Of a stretch of DNA of 64,000 nucleotides, positions 35,172 to 44,653 are shown piece by piece. Origin of the DNA: Opitutaceae bacterium (GTDB lineage: Bacteria; Verrucomicrobiota; Verrucomicrobiia; Opitutales; Opitutaceae); the NCBI GenBank assembly GCA_026125215.1, contig JAHCLN010000002.1, positions 14,896 to 78,895 on the forward strand. Direction: 5' to 3'. The notes beneath the pieces are model-generated. The model had not been told where the DNA came from, searched no databases, and saw only the letters and a program-made list of their open reading frames with translations. Made by a program: the position numbers and the translations under genes. The first letter of the stretch is position 1, and each line of letters starts with the position of its first letter.

Positions 35172-35972
35172 TCACTCCGGCCGGAACAGTTCGCCGGGGG
35201 GCAATTGGGATTTGAAGGCGGTGAAGCCGCCGTCGATGACGAGGTTGCTGCCGGTGATGAATTCGCCGCGGTCGCCGGCGAGGAAGAGGGCGAGCTCCGC
35301 GATGTCCTCCGGGCGGCCGAGCCGGGTGAGGTGGGTGGCCTCGGCGGCGGCGCGGGCCTTCGGGTTTTGATACCAGTCCTGCTGGCACTCGGTGATCACG
35401 TAGCCCGGGCTGAGGCAGTTTACCCGGATGCCATGTTTCGCGTAGTTGAGGGCCATGCTGCGGGTGAGCGCCACCACGCCGCCCTTGGCGGCGGTGTAGC
35501 TGTCCACGCCGGGCTCGGCGATGAGCGCGTCGATCGTGGCGGTGTTGAGGATGACGCCGCGCTTTTGGGCCATCATCACCGGCAGCGCGGCCTTCGCCAT
35601 GAGAAAGACGCCTTTCAGGGCGACGTTGATCATCACATCCCAGACGGCTTCCTCGAGCTCGTGCACGGCGCGGTCCTTTTCGTTGCAGAGCCGGGTGGGC
35701 GCGGCGTTGTTGTAGAGGATGTCGAGCCGGCCCCAGGTGTCCGTGGCGACGGCGACGGCGCGCCGGGCATCGGCGAATTTGGAAACATCGGTGGATACAA
35801 ACCGGGCCTGGCCGCCGGCCGCGGTGATCGCGGCGGCAGCCGTTTCGCCGCGGGCGGTGTCGAGGTCGGCCAGCACCACGCGGGCGCCTTCCCGGGCAAA
35901 CAGGTCGGCGGCGGCCCGCCCGATGCCCGAGGCGGCACCGGTGATGAGGGCGACACGGTCTTGGAGTTGCAT
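35172..35972 (-). CDS. short-chain dehydrogenase/reductase (SDR)
   Basis: TGAASGIGRA cofactor motif and the YTAAK catalytic motif in SYTAAKGGV. Confidence 0.9.
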   Translation of the reverse strand: MQLQDRVALITGAASGIGRAAADLFAREGARVVLADLDTARGETAAAAITAAGGQARFVSTDVSKFADARRAVAVATDTWGRLDILYNNAAPTRLCNEKDRAVHELEEAVWDVMINVALKGVFLMAKAALPVMMAQKRGVILNTATIDALIAEPGVDSYTAAKGGVVALTRSMALNYAKHGIRVNCLSPGYVITECQQDWYQNPKARAAAEATHLTRLGRPEDIAELALFLAGDRGEFITGSNLVIDGGFTAFKSQLPPGELFRPE

Positions 35973-35977
35973 CGGGG

Positions 35978-37126
35978 TTAAAGCGCCGAGACCTGGGCCG
36001 AGCGGGTGAATTTCTTGAGCGCCGCCTCGTTCAGCGTGACGCCGAGGCCGGGCCGGGTCGGCACGCGCACGAAGCCGTCGGTGCCGACGGGCAGCTGTTC
36101 GTTGGTCATTTCCCAGCGCAGGGGGGATTCGCTGGTCGAGAATTCCAGCAGCTCCTCGTCCTGATGGGCGGCGAGGAAATGCAGGTTGGCCGCGATCTCG
36201 ATGTTGGTCTTGTAGCCGTGCGGGACGACGCGCTTGCCCCGGGCCCGGGCGGCGGCGGCGATCTTCTGGATGCCGGTGAAGCCGCCGACCATCGTGATGT
36301 CGGGCTGGCAGATGGTGGCGCGGCCGCGGTCCATGGCGTCGATAAACTCCAGCACGTGGGTGAGGCCGAGATCGCCCACGCCGAGCGGGATGCCGAACTG
36401 CGACATGGCCGCGTGGCCCTCGATGTCGTCGAGCGGCAGCGGGGCCTCGAGGAACAGCAGGCCGACCTCACGGTAGGCGGGATAAAGCAGCAGGCCTTCC
36501 TCCTTGGTCTGGTAGGAGAGGGCGCAGTCCACGATCAGGCCGCGGTCGGGTCCGAGCACCTCGCGGGCCGCCTTGAGCAGGCGGGTGGTATGGGCGACGT
36601 CGTCCATCCACCAGGGATCGGCGGCAAACTTGATCGCGCTGAGGTGCAGTTTCTCCAGCCGCCCGGCGACCTGGGTCTTCACCGCCGCTTCCGTCCGCGC
36701 CATCGGATAGATCGTGCCGTAGGCGCGCAGGCGGTCGCGCCGGGCGCCGCCGAGCAGCTCGTGGATCGGTTTGCCGGCGGCCTGGCCGCGCAGATCCCAG
36801 AGGGCGAGATCAAGCAGGCCCAGCGCGTGCATGGTGAGGCCGCGGCGGCCGACATAGTCGCAGGCTTGGTAAAGTTCGTCCCACAGCGCGGGGTCGCGGG
36901 GATCACGGCCGAGCAGCACCCCCGCCAGGCCCCGGGCGTGGTTGTGGGCGTCCGGTCCGTGGATGAGCCCTTGCACGGCCGGGGCAAAGGACTCGACCTC
37001 GCCGATGCCGGCGCGGCCGTCGTCGGTGGTGAGGCGGACCACGCAGTCGTCGTAGGAGCCGTCGAACAGCGAGATGCCGGGGTCTTCGTGACGCAGGTGG
37101 AAGGATTCGATCTTGGTTATCTTCAT
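35978..37126 (-). CDS. enolase-superfamily (mandelate racemase/muconate lactonizing enzyme-like) dehydratase
   Basis: MKITKIESFHL start. ALGLLDLALWDLRGQAAGKPIHELLGG is typical of the MR/MLE N-terminal domain. Confidence 0.8.
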   Translation of the reverse strand: MKITKIESFHLRHEDPGISLFDGSYDDCVVRLTTDDGRAGIGEVESFAPAVQGLIHGPDAHNHARGLAGVLLGRDPRDPALWDELYQACDYVGRRGLTMHALGLLDLALWDLRGQAAGKPIHELLGGARRDRLRAYGTIYPMARTEAAVKTQVAGRLEKLHLSAIKFAADPWWMDDVAHTTRLLKAAREVLGPDRGLIVDCALSYQTKEEGLLLYPAYREVGLLFLEAPLPLDDIEGHAAMSQFGIPLGVGDLGLTHVLEFIDAMDRGRATICQPDITMVGGFTGIQKIAAAARARGKRVVPHGYKTNIEIAANLHFLAAHQDEELLEFSTSESPLRWEMTNEQLPVGTDGFVRVPTRPGLGVTLNEAALKKFTRSAQVSAL

Positions 37127-37136
37127 GCCGAAAAAG

Positions 37137-38243
37137 TCAGGAAGTGCGGCGGTGCCGGGTGAGGACCTCGCAGCCGGTGGCCGTGACGAGGACCACATCT
37201 TCCAGGCGGACTCCGGCTTCACCGGGCAGATAGACGCCGGGTTCGAGGGCGATCACCATGCCGGGGGCGAGCGGGGTGCGGTCGTCCGCCACGATGCGTG
37301 GCGCCTCATGGTAGCAGACGCCGATGCCGTGGCCGGTGTGGTGCGGATAAGGTTCATGACCACGGGCACGGATAAAAGCGCGCACCGCCTGGTCGATGTC
37401 GCCGGCAATGGCGCCGGGTTTGACGAGGGCAATCGCGAGGTCGAGCGCGCCGCCGGCGATTTCCCGAAGCTCGTGGAAGCGGCCGCCGGGTTTCCCGGCC
37501 GGAATGACGCCGCAGATATCGCCCCAGAAATTGCCGAGCCGGGGCACGATGTCCGCCAGCACCCATTCGCCGGCGGCGACGGGGCGGTTCGACGGCGCGC
37601 CGCCGATGTCTCCGGTGCGCGGACCGGCGACAAAGTCGGCCAGCAGCGGCAGGCGCCGGCCGGCGCGGGTCTCCAACGCGGTGCGCAGGTCGCCCCAGAT
37701 TTCCAATTCGGTGCGACCGGGCCGCACCAGCGTGCGCAGCACCGCCTGGGCATGGTCGCAGAGATCGAGCGCGGCGCGGATGGCGGCGACTTCGCGCGGG
37801 GTTTTGATGGCGCGCAACGCTGCCAAGTCGTCATCCACCGGCCGGGCGCCGGCCACGAGCGGTGCGAGGGCGGCGGGCAGGCCCGCGGCCTCGATGCCAA
37901 GCCGGGCGGGATTGCGGCCGGCGAGCAGCCGGCGGGCGGTTTCGAGCCAGTGCCGGTGCGGTTCAAGTGGGCCGGCGGGCACGTAGCTCGGGTAGGCCAG
38001 GCATTCCAAGCCGAGGGCGGCGGGGTCCGGCATCTCGCAGTCGGGATGCAGCAGCGTCACTCTGCCGGCCTCGACCAGCAGGAGCGAGGGGCCGCCGGCA
38101 AAGGGATTGGGTCCGGTCTCGATCGGGGCCTCGTGGCCGGAGGCCCAGTCCACGGAGAAGGGCGAGGTGAGCAACAGGGCCTCGAGGCCGGCGGCTTCGC
38201 GCCACGTGTCGAGCCGGATGCGCAGGTCGGGGTCCAGGGGCAT
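37137..38243 (-). CDS. M24-family Xaa-Pro peptidase/creatinase-like hydrolase
   Basis: HHTGHGIGVCYHEAP and ALEPGVY...GVRLEDVVLVT pita-bread motifs. The ORF track extends to 38273 through a non-ATG codon. Confidence 0.75.
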   Translation of the reverse strand: MPLDPDLRIRLDTWREAAGLEALLLTSPFSVDWASGHEAPIETGPNPFAGGPSLLLVEAGRVTLLHPDCEMPDPAALGLECLAYPSYVPAGPLEPHRHWLETARRLLAGRNPARLGIEAAGLPAALAPLVAGARPVDDDLAALRAIKTPREVAAIRAALDLCDHAQAVLRTLVRPGRTELEIWGDLRTALETRAGRRLPLLADFVAGPRTGDIGGAPSNRPVAAGEWVLADIVPRLGNFWGDICGVIPAGKPGGRFHELREIAGGALDLAIALVKPGAIAGDIDQAVRAFIRARGHEPYPHHTGHGIGVCYHEAPRIVADDRTPLAPGMVIALEPGVYLPGEAGVRLEDVVLVTATGCEVLTRHRRTS

Positions 38244-38275
38244 GACGGCGAGTGGAACAACAAACGCCGGCAATG

Positions 38276-38310
38276 AAAAGCGCCGCGCGAAAAAAATTTC
38301 ACGCGGCGCA
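38276..38310 (-). terminator. terminator after the sigma/anti-sigma/DUF4097 operon
   Basis: 8-bp GC stem gcgccgcg/cgcggcgc with an A/T loop, then TTTT on the minus strand. Coordinates are plus or minus 2 nt. Confidence 0.5.
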
Positions 38311-38334
38311 GGAAACCAAACGGAGCAGATGAAA

Positions 38335-39348
38335 TCAGTCGGCTTTGCGCAGCTTGATGTCGCCGTTCATCGCGGTGGCGTGGATTTCCGTGCCGCCGCC
38401 GCCGTTGAGTGTGCCGGAGACGAGCTTGCCGCCGGTCATGGGTGGGAGCGGGGGCAGCGGCGCCCGCGGCGCGCGCGGGGCGTTGGCGGGCGAGTCGGTG
38501 CGGACTTCGCGCGCCGCCTCGCGCGCGGCCTGGGCCGCTTCGCGCATGGCTTCCGCCGCTTCGCGCGCGGCCTCGACGCCGAGACGCACGGCCTCGCGGA
38601 CAGTTTCGCGGATCTCCTCATTGTCGCCGGAGACCATGGTGTAGCGGTAGCCGCGGAGCGACTCGGTGCGGGTGACGAGTTTCTGTTCGTCGAAATCGGT
38701 GAGGATGGCGCCGTGCTGCGTGCGCAGGCGGACGTTCGCCTTGGCCTCGCCCGGCACCCAGAGGGCGATGGCGCCGTTCATGGAGGTGAAGGAAAGGGGC
38801 TTGTTCTCCTGCAGGCGGCTCACGCGCGCCTCGATGCCGCCGTTCATGGATTCGACGAGGGCGCCGCCGGCGATATCCTCGAGGACCACGCGGCCGTTGA
38901 GGCTCTTGATCTCGAGGTCGCCTTCCACGCCGGACACGCGGATGGAACCGTTGAGCGAGTTCTTGACCGAGATGGCGGTGGCGCGCGGCACGGTCACGGT
39001 GAGGGTGCCGCCGCGCGAGGTGGGCTCGGCGCCGGCGTCGACCGTGATGACGTTGTCCTTCTCGGTCACGCTGAGCGATCCGGATTCCGTGAGCAGGCGC
39101 AGGCCGTCGGTGCGCGCGGCGGCGCCGGCGGTCCGGAGCGGGCTCGTCACGGTGACGACGTCGGTGTCGGTGCCGGTGATGACCACTTGCAGGTTGCTGG
39201 TGCCGGTGGCGACACGCACGAGGCCAGGTTTGGCCGGGTCGCTGAATGGGTGGGTGGTCGTGGTGTCGTCGCCATTTTGGGCGATGAGGGTTGCGCTGCC
39301 GAGCAGCAGCGCGGGGAGGAGCAGCAGGGTGGAACGGAATGATTTCAT
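38335..39348 (-). CDS. DUF4097-type beta-strand-repeat (putative adhesin-like) secreted protein
   Basis: Signal peptide MKSFRSTLLLLPALLLGSA. Repeated GxIxV/NGxI beta-strand units. Ala/Arg/Glu-rich helical segment near the C-terminus. Confidence 0.65.
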   Translation of the reverse strand: MKSFRSTLLLLPALLLGSATLIAQNGDDTTTTHPFSDPAKPGLVRVATGTSNLQVVITGTDTDVVTVTSPLRTAGAAARTDGLRLLTESGSLSVTEKDNVITVDAGAEPTSRGGTLTVTVPRATAISVKNSLNGSIRVSGVEGDLEIKSLNGRVVLEDIAGGALVESMNGGIEARVSRLQENKPLSFTSMNGAIALWVPGEAKANVRLRTQHGAILTDFDEQKLVTRTESLRGYRYTMVSGDNEEIRETVREAVRLGVEAAREAAEAMREAAQAAREAAREVRTDSPANAPRAPRAPLPPLPPMTGGKLVSGTLNGGGGTEIHATAMNGDIKLRKAD

Positions 39349-39392
39349 GGCGGGTTGATATTTAAGGGTGCGGATGGCGGGCCAGTTGTGTG

Positions 39393-40208
39393 TCAAAGTT
39401 GGACGAGGGCGCGGCGGGCGGCGTCGCGCACCGCGCGGTCGATCTGCTCGTCGTTGGCGAGGGTTTCGAAGGTGGCGGCGGCCTCCGGATCCTGCGCGGC
39501 GGTGAGGAAGTCGATCATCGACACCTGCACGAGCGGGTTGGACTCTCGGACCAGCGAGGCGAGGACGCCGGCACGGACGACTTCCTGATCGGCGTAGGGA
39601 TAGAGGGCCTCGAGGGCGGTGAGCCGGACGTTGGTGCTGGGATCAAGCGCGAGCGTGTTGATGAGCTGCGTGATGACCTGCTGGTCGGGAGCGTTGAGCG
39701 CGTGGGTGGCGAGAATGCCCTGGAGGCGCTGGCTGCCCGGGCGTTGCTGCTGGAGCGAATAGCCGACAAGCTGGCCCATGGTGTCCACGCGCTGGCGCAG
39801 CTCGGCGAGCTCCCGGCGGGTGGCGTCGTCTTCCGGCGCGGCGGGGGTCGGAACGGGGGCGGTGCGCTGGCCGGCGAGGAAACCGAGGGCGAGCAGGCCG
39901 CAGGCGGCCACGGGAGAAAGAATCCAGCGCCAGACGGTGAGGCGCCGGCGGCGGTGCTCGGCGAGGCGCACGCTGGCGGCGGAGTTCTTTTCCTCCTCGA
40001 GCATGGCGTAGAAATTGGCGCGCACCCGGGGGCCGGGCGCCGGGGCGGGCAGTGCGTCGAGGGCGGAGAGGGTGCGCTGGAGCGCGGCAAATTCCCGCTG
40101 GCAGTCCGGGCAGGCGGCGAGGTGGGTGCGCACGTCGCCGCTGGCGGCGGTTTCCTGCCGCCGGTCAAGCAGTTCGGCGAAACGGTCCTGGGCTTGGGTG
40201 CAGTTCAT
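39393..40208 (-). CDS. zf-HC2 anti-sigma factor with one TM segment and a HEAT-repeat C-terminal domain
   Basis: HLAACPDCQREF motif, one hydrophobic segment, and HEAT-like repeats (NVRLTALEAL, NPLVQVSMIDFL). ATG overlaps the sigma gene stop (ATGA). Confidence 0.7.
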   Translation of the reverse strand: MNCTQAQDRFAELLDRRQETAASGDVRTHLAACPDCQREFAALQRTLSALDALPAPAPGPRVRANFYAMLEEEKNSAASVRLAEHRRRRLTVWRWILSPVAACGLLALGFLAGQRTAPVPTPAAPEDDATRRELAELRQRVDTMGQLVGYSLQQQRPGSQRLQGILATHALNAPDQQVITQLINTLALDPSTNVRLTALEALYPYADQEVVRAGVLASLVRESNPLVQVSMIDFLTAAQDPEAAATFETLANDEQIDRAVRDAARRALVQL

Positions 40209-40777
40209 GCGGTCTTCTCCTTTTGGATTTTGAAATAGACGTCGCGCAGGGTGCGCAGGGCGCGGTGGGCGCGCACCTTGGCGGCGCCGACCGAGCATTC
40301 GAGGATGGTGCTGATCTCGGCGAACGAGAGTTCCTGAAAACGGCTGAGGAGGAGCACTTCGCGGTCTTCCTGCGCCAGCCGGCCGAGGGCGCGGTGCAGC
40401 AGGTCGTGATCGTCCCGGGCGGCGGCGTGGTCCGCGGCGTGCGGGCCCTCGTCGGCATGGTCCTGCAGATCGGAGGGGTCCATGTTCGCCGGCCCGTTTT
40501 GGCTCTTGCGGAAATAATCCGCGGCGCAGCGCCGGGCGAGGTGATACATCCAGGCGGTGAAGCTGCCGTCGTCGCGGTAGGTATGGCGGTATTTCAGCAT
40601 CCGTTGGAAGACCGTCTGGGTGATGTCTTCGGCGGCGATGCGGTCGCCGGTGGTGCGGGCGAGGTAGCCGTGCAGGCGGCCATGGTGGCGTTCAAAGAGC
40701 TCGCCGAGCGCGTCGAGTTCGCCGTCGCGGACGGCGAGCATCAGGTCGTGGTCGGACTGGGAGGTGGCGGTTTCCAC
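40205..40777 (-). CDS. ECF-type sigma-70 family RNA polymerase sigma factor
   Basis: Region 2 (DITQTVFQRMLKY, FTAWMYHLARR) and region 4 (LSFAEISTILECSVGAAKVRAHRAL). GTG start at 40777, or ATG at 40741. Confidence 0.85.
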   Translation of the reverse strand: METATSQSDHDLMLAVRDGELDALGELFERHHGRLHGYLARTTGDRIAAEDITQTVFQRMLKYRHTYRDDGSFTAWMYHLARRCAADYFRKSQNGPANMDPSDLQDHADEGPHAADHAAARDDHDLLHRALGRLAQEDREVLLLSRFQELSFAEISTILECSVGAAKVRAHRALRTLRDVYFKIQKEKTA

Positions 40778-40951
40778 GGCGGGGCTGCGCTGGAACCTAG
40801 CCGCGGGCGGGCCGGAGGAAACACGGAATTCTAGGAGATCGGCGATCACGGGTGGCGGGGGACATGCTGGTGTTGCCGGGGTAAACCGGACCGGCGGGAG
40901 GCGGTTACAAAGAATTTGGCGAAAATCCCGGGATTGTGCATCCTGCTGGCC

Positions 40952-41872
40952 ATGAACCGTCGCGACTTCCTCCTCCGTTCCTCCCTGATGGTCACCGCCG
41001 GCCTGCTGAGCCGTTCCCCGTTGGCCGCCCAGCCCGCGCCCGCCGCGCCGCCGGTCACGGCCTTCCATGCCCTGCGCCGCGGGGTCGGCTACTTCACCGG
41101 TCGCGGCGGCACCATCGGCTGGCTGGTCAACAACCATGCCGTCCTGGCGGTGGACACGCAGTTTCCCGACACGGCGGCGGCCTGTTTGGCCGGCCTGCCC
41201 GGCCGCGGTGACCGGATGGTGGATGCCGTGATCAACACGCACCACCACGGCGACCACACGAGCGGCAACGGCGTCTTCCGGCCCGTGGCCAAGACCATCG
41301 TCGCCCACGCCAACGTGCCGCGGCTCCAACTGGCCGCGGCGGAGCGCGCCGGCACGGTGGAACGGCAGGTTTTTGCCAACGAGACCTTTCCCGAGGTTTG
41401 GCGGCGCGAGTTGGGCGACGAGATCGTCACCGCGCAATATCACGGTCCGGCGCACACGAGCGGTGATGTGATCGTGCATTTCGAGCGCGCCAACGTCGTC
41501 CACATGGGCGACCTGATGTTCAACCGCCTTTATCCCGTCATCGACCGTCCTTCCGGGGCTTCCATCCGCAAATGGATCGGCGTGCTGGAAGAGACGGTGC
41601 AAACCTATCCGGCCGACGCGATCTACATCTTCGGTCACGGCAACCCGGCCTTCGGCGTTACCGGCGGCCACGCGGAGCTGCTGGTTTTCCGCGATTATCT
41701 CGGCGGCCTGCTGGCCCACGTCGAAAAGGAGATCGCCGCCGGGAAGGAGAAGAGCGAGATCGTCGCGCTCGAGAACCTGCCGGGCTTCCCCGAGTTTCAC
41801 GCGCCGCTGCCCAACCGCCTCGGCATCAACCTGAGCGTGGCCTACGATGAGCTGACGGAGAAGGCCGGTTAA
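40952..41872 (+). CDS. Tat-exported metallo-beta-lactamase-fold hydrolase
   Basis: Twin-arginine signal MNRRDFLLRSS and the HHHGDHTSGN metal motif. Confidence 0.8.
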   Translation: MNRRDFLLRSSLMVTAGLLSRSPLAAQPAPAAPPVTAFHALRRGVGYFTGRGGTIGWLVNNHAVLAVDTQFPDTAAACLAGLPGRGDRMVDAVINTHHHGDHTSGNGVFRPVAKTIVAHANVPRLQLAAAERAGTVERQVFANETFPEVWRRELGDEIVTAQYHGPAHTSGDVIVHFERANVVHMGDLMFNRLYPVIDRPSGASIRKWIGVLEETVQTYPADAIYIFGHGNPAFGVTGGHAELLVFRDYLGGLLAHVEKEIAAGKEKSEIVALENLPGFPEFHAPLPNRLGINLSVAYDELTEKAG

Positions 41873-41885
41873 TCCGGCCGGCGCT

Positions 41886-42509
41886 TCAGGCCGGCGTGCG
41901 CAGCACGGCGCGCACCGGGGCGGCATCGCCGCCGCTCACTTTTAGCGGCAGGGCGATGAGTTCGTAATCGCCGGGTTCGGCGGCGCGCAAATCGAGGTTT
42001 TCCAAGATGAGAATCCCGGCCCGGCCCAGCGCGTGGTGCATCGGCAGCTCGCGGCTTTGCAAGGGGTCCACGGAAGGCACGTCGAGGCCGATGAGCCGCA
42101 CGCCCAAGGCGGCCAGTCTGGCCGGCATTTCGCCGGTCAGCAGCGGCCAAGTGCTCGGGAAGACCGCGGGGTCGCTCCAGGCGTCGGTGCGAAACAGGAG
42201 CCGTGTGGTGTCTCCGGGGCTGAGTCCGGACAGCAGGTCCGGTGCAAGCATGCTGTGCTGGCGGGCATCAATCACCCGGCAGGCGCCCAGGTAGTGCGAC
42301 AGTTTCACCGCGTCGATCTTCGCACCGTGGTCATCGTAATGCCACGGCGCGTCGGCGTGCGTTCCGTTGTGCAAGCTCAGGTTGAGCTGGCCCACGTTGC
42401 AGGCATGGCCGTCGGCGATGCGCGCATTCATCTGCAAGCGGGTGGGCGCGTCACCGGGCCAATGCGGCATGGCGGAATGCAACGGTCGGGAGATGTCGAT
42501 GAGCGGCAT
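41886..42509 (-). CDS. kynB: kynurenine formamidase (cyclase family)
   Basis: 207 aa. Motif LHNGTHADAPWH. Adjacent to kynureninase. Confidence 0.75.
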   Translation of the reverse strand: MPLIDISRPLHSAMPHWPGDAPTRLQMNARIADGHACNVGQLNLSLHNGTHADAPWHYDDHGAKIDAVKLSHYLGACRVIDARQHSMLAPDLLSGLSPGDTTRLLFRTDAWSDPAVFPSTWPLLTGEMPARLAALGVRLIGLDVPSVDPLQSRELPMHHALGRAGILILENLDLRAAEPGDYELIALPLKVSGGDAAPVRAVLRTPA

Positions 42510-42510
42510 G

Positions 42511-43770
42511 TCAGGGGGCGGGTTGCGCGGAAGGCGGGAAAGACTCAGGCCGACGTTCGAGCATGATGGTCCGCAGTCGGAACACGGCTTCGCGGCATTC
42601 GTCCTCGGTGTTGCAAAGCGGAGCCGGAGCGAGACGGATCAGGTTGGGCGGGCGGAAATCCGGCACGACCCCGGCGGCCTTGAGCGCTTGGCAAATGCGC
42701 CAGGCGTCGGGGTGGGCGAGGGCAAGGTGGCCGCCGTGTTCGGAGTCCGGGCGCGGTGTCACCACCGTGAAACCGTGGGGCGAAAGCTCGCGTTCGATTT
42801 CCGCGCGCAACGCGTGGGTGAGCGCCAGCGAACGGGCCCGCAGTGCGGCAACGCCGCCGGCCTCGGCGATCAGCTCGAGCGAACCGGCCAACGGCGCCAG
42901 CGCGAGCATGGAAGGTGTGCCGATGTGCAGACCGGCGGCGCCTGCGGCCGGTTCATGCGCGGCGTGCATCGCGAACCGGCGGTCGGCGCGCACGCCCCAC
43001 CAGCCGGCGAGCCCGGGCGGGCGGTGAAAGTGACGGCGGTTGAGATACAGGCCGCCGATCGCCCCGGGACCGGCGTTGAGATATTTGTAATGGCACCAGC
43101 AGGCAAAATCCGGCGCAATGCGGCCGAAGTCGTGCGCGACCGCGCCGATGCTGTGCGAGCAATCAAAGCCGATCAGGATGCCCCGCTCATGCGCTGCGCG
43201 GGTGAGCTTTTCCAAATCCAGCAACTGGCCGCTGGCGAAGAGCACGGCGGGAAAAAGCGCGAGCTGCACCTCCGGGGTCATCGCCGCCACGAGATCCTCG
43301 GTGCGGAGGGTCATCCCGTCGCGCGTCGGCGCCAGTTTCAGGTGGATCGCGGGATCGAGTCCGCGCAGGCTCAGGTGGCTTTGCAGGGCATGGAGGTCGG
43401 ATGCAAAATTGAGCGGATCGGCGAGAATCGTGCGGCGCGGTGCAGCCGGATCATAAAGGGTCGCTAGCAACTGGTGCAGATTGACGGTGGTCTGCCCGGT
43501 CACGGCGACTTCATCCGGTGCCGCTCCGAGCAGAGGTGCAAGTTGTGCCGCCACTCGTTCGGTCCAGTCCAGCCAGGCGGGCTTGGCCTCGGTCCACCCG
43601 TCGACTCCCAGCCGGCGCCAATCTGCCGTGGCCTGCAGGAGTTTTTGTTCGGCCCGGCGGGAGAGCAACCCCAGGGAGTTGCCATCGAGGTAAATTTGGT
43701 CCGGCGGCAGGTAAAACTCCGCCCGGAGGCGCGCCCAAGGATCGACGGGACCGGGATTGGACATGGCCAC
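42511..43770 (-). CDS. kynU: kynureninase
   Basis: 419 aa PLP-dependent enzyme. N-terminus FYLPPDQIYLDGNSLGL and overall family similarity. Confidence 0.85.
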   Translation of the reverse strand: MAMSNPGPVDPWARLRAEFYLPPDQIYLDGNSLGLLSRRAEQKLLQATADWRRLGVDGWTEAKPAWLDWTERVAAQLAPLLGAAPDEVAVTGQTTVNLHQLLATLYDPAAPRRTILADPLNFASDLHALQSHLSLRGLDPAIHLKLAPTRDGMTLRTEDLVAAMTPEVQLALFPAVLFASGQLLDLEKLTRAAHERGILIGFDCSHSIGAVAHDFGRIAPDFACWCHYKYLNAGPGAIGGLYLNRRHFHRPPGLAGWWGVRADRRFAMHAAHEPAAGAAGLHIGTPSMLALAPLAGSLELIAEAGGVAALRARSLALTHALRAEIERELSPHGFTVVTPRPDSEHGGHLALAHPDAWRICQALKAAGVVPDFRPPNLIRLAPAPLCNTEDECREAVFRLRTIMLERRPESFPPSAQPAP

Positions 43771-43863
43771 AGGATTGGATGAACCCGACCGGGCGCAAAT
43801 CCCAAACCTGCGGTTTACGGCTTGGCGTCAAACGGGTGCCATGCTGCACTCCGCGCCTTCCCC

Positions 43864-44646
43864 ATGGCCGACAATTCATCCGCCCCGGTTCGCACGTGGA
43901 GCGAATTTCACCGCCGTTGGGCCGGCGTGAGCAACTTCCTCATGGCCGGCGAGTGCGTGCCCTTCGCCTATGAGCTGCCGCCGCTTGCGCGGATGGTGGA
44001 GGAGTTGCGGGCCGATCCCGATGCGCGCATCACGCCGGGGGCAAAGGGCGACCGGTTGAACCTCACCGACATGGCCGCGGAGTTTCGCGCGCAGCCGGTG
44101 GCGGAGGCGTTGCGGCGACCCTTCGCGCTGGCTCACTTCTCGCTCGCGCGGTTCGACGCGCCGGGGCGGTGTCTGCATGGTTTCACCGCTGCGGTGCTGG
44201 AACGGTGGCAGGCGGCGCTGCGGGCCGCGGGGTTCACCTGGGAACGCTGTTATCCGATTGTTTTCATCAGCGGCATCGGCTGCGCGACGAATTACCACAT
44301 GGATTTTTCGCATGTGCTCGCGTGGCAGGTTTACGGGAGCAAACGGTTCTGCGGCCTGCGCGATCCCGACCGGTGGGCGCCGCGCGAGGTGCGGTTGAAC
44401 TACCGGCCGGAAGGTTTCACCAAGCCGGCGGCCATCACCGAGGCGGACGCCGAGTGCTTCACGATGCGGCCGGGCGATGTGCTCTGGAACACGCTGCTCA
44501 CGCCGCACTGGGTCGAGGCGGGCGCGGAGGTGGCGATGAGCATCAACCTCTCGCACGGCGGCCTGCGGCTGCACGGCGAACTCTGCCCGCACGAGGCCGA
44601 ACTGGTGGCGCACCGCGGCGCGAATCCCGTGGCGGTGCGGAGCTGA
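43864..44646 (+). CDS. JmjC/cupin-like putative Fe(II)/2-oxoglutarate oxygenase
   Basis: HxD...H pattern (NYHMDFSH ... LLTPHWVE). Start MADNSS. Confidence 0.5.
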   Translation: MADNSSAPVRTWSEFHRRWAGVSNFLMAGECVPFAYELPPLARMVEELRADPDARITPGAKGDRLNLTDMAAEFRAQPVAEALRRPFALAHFSLARFDAPGRCLHGFTAAVLERWQAALRAAGFTWERCYPIVFISGIGCATNYHMDFSHVLAWQVYGSKRFCGLRDPDRWAPREVRLNYRPEGFTKPAAITEADAECFTMRPGDVLWNTLLTPHWVEAGAEVAMSINLSHGGLRLHGELCPHEAELVAHRGANPVAVRS

Positions 44647-44653
44647 ACGGACC

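Noticed and set aside
40778-40951. Candidate ECF-type promoter (GTAACC ... spacer ... downstream element) upstream of the sigma factor gene.
   Set aside because: I could not find a convincing GGAAC-N16/17-CGT-type pair by eye. Calling it would be guesswork without a genome-wide motif.
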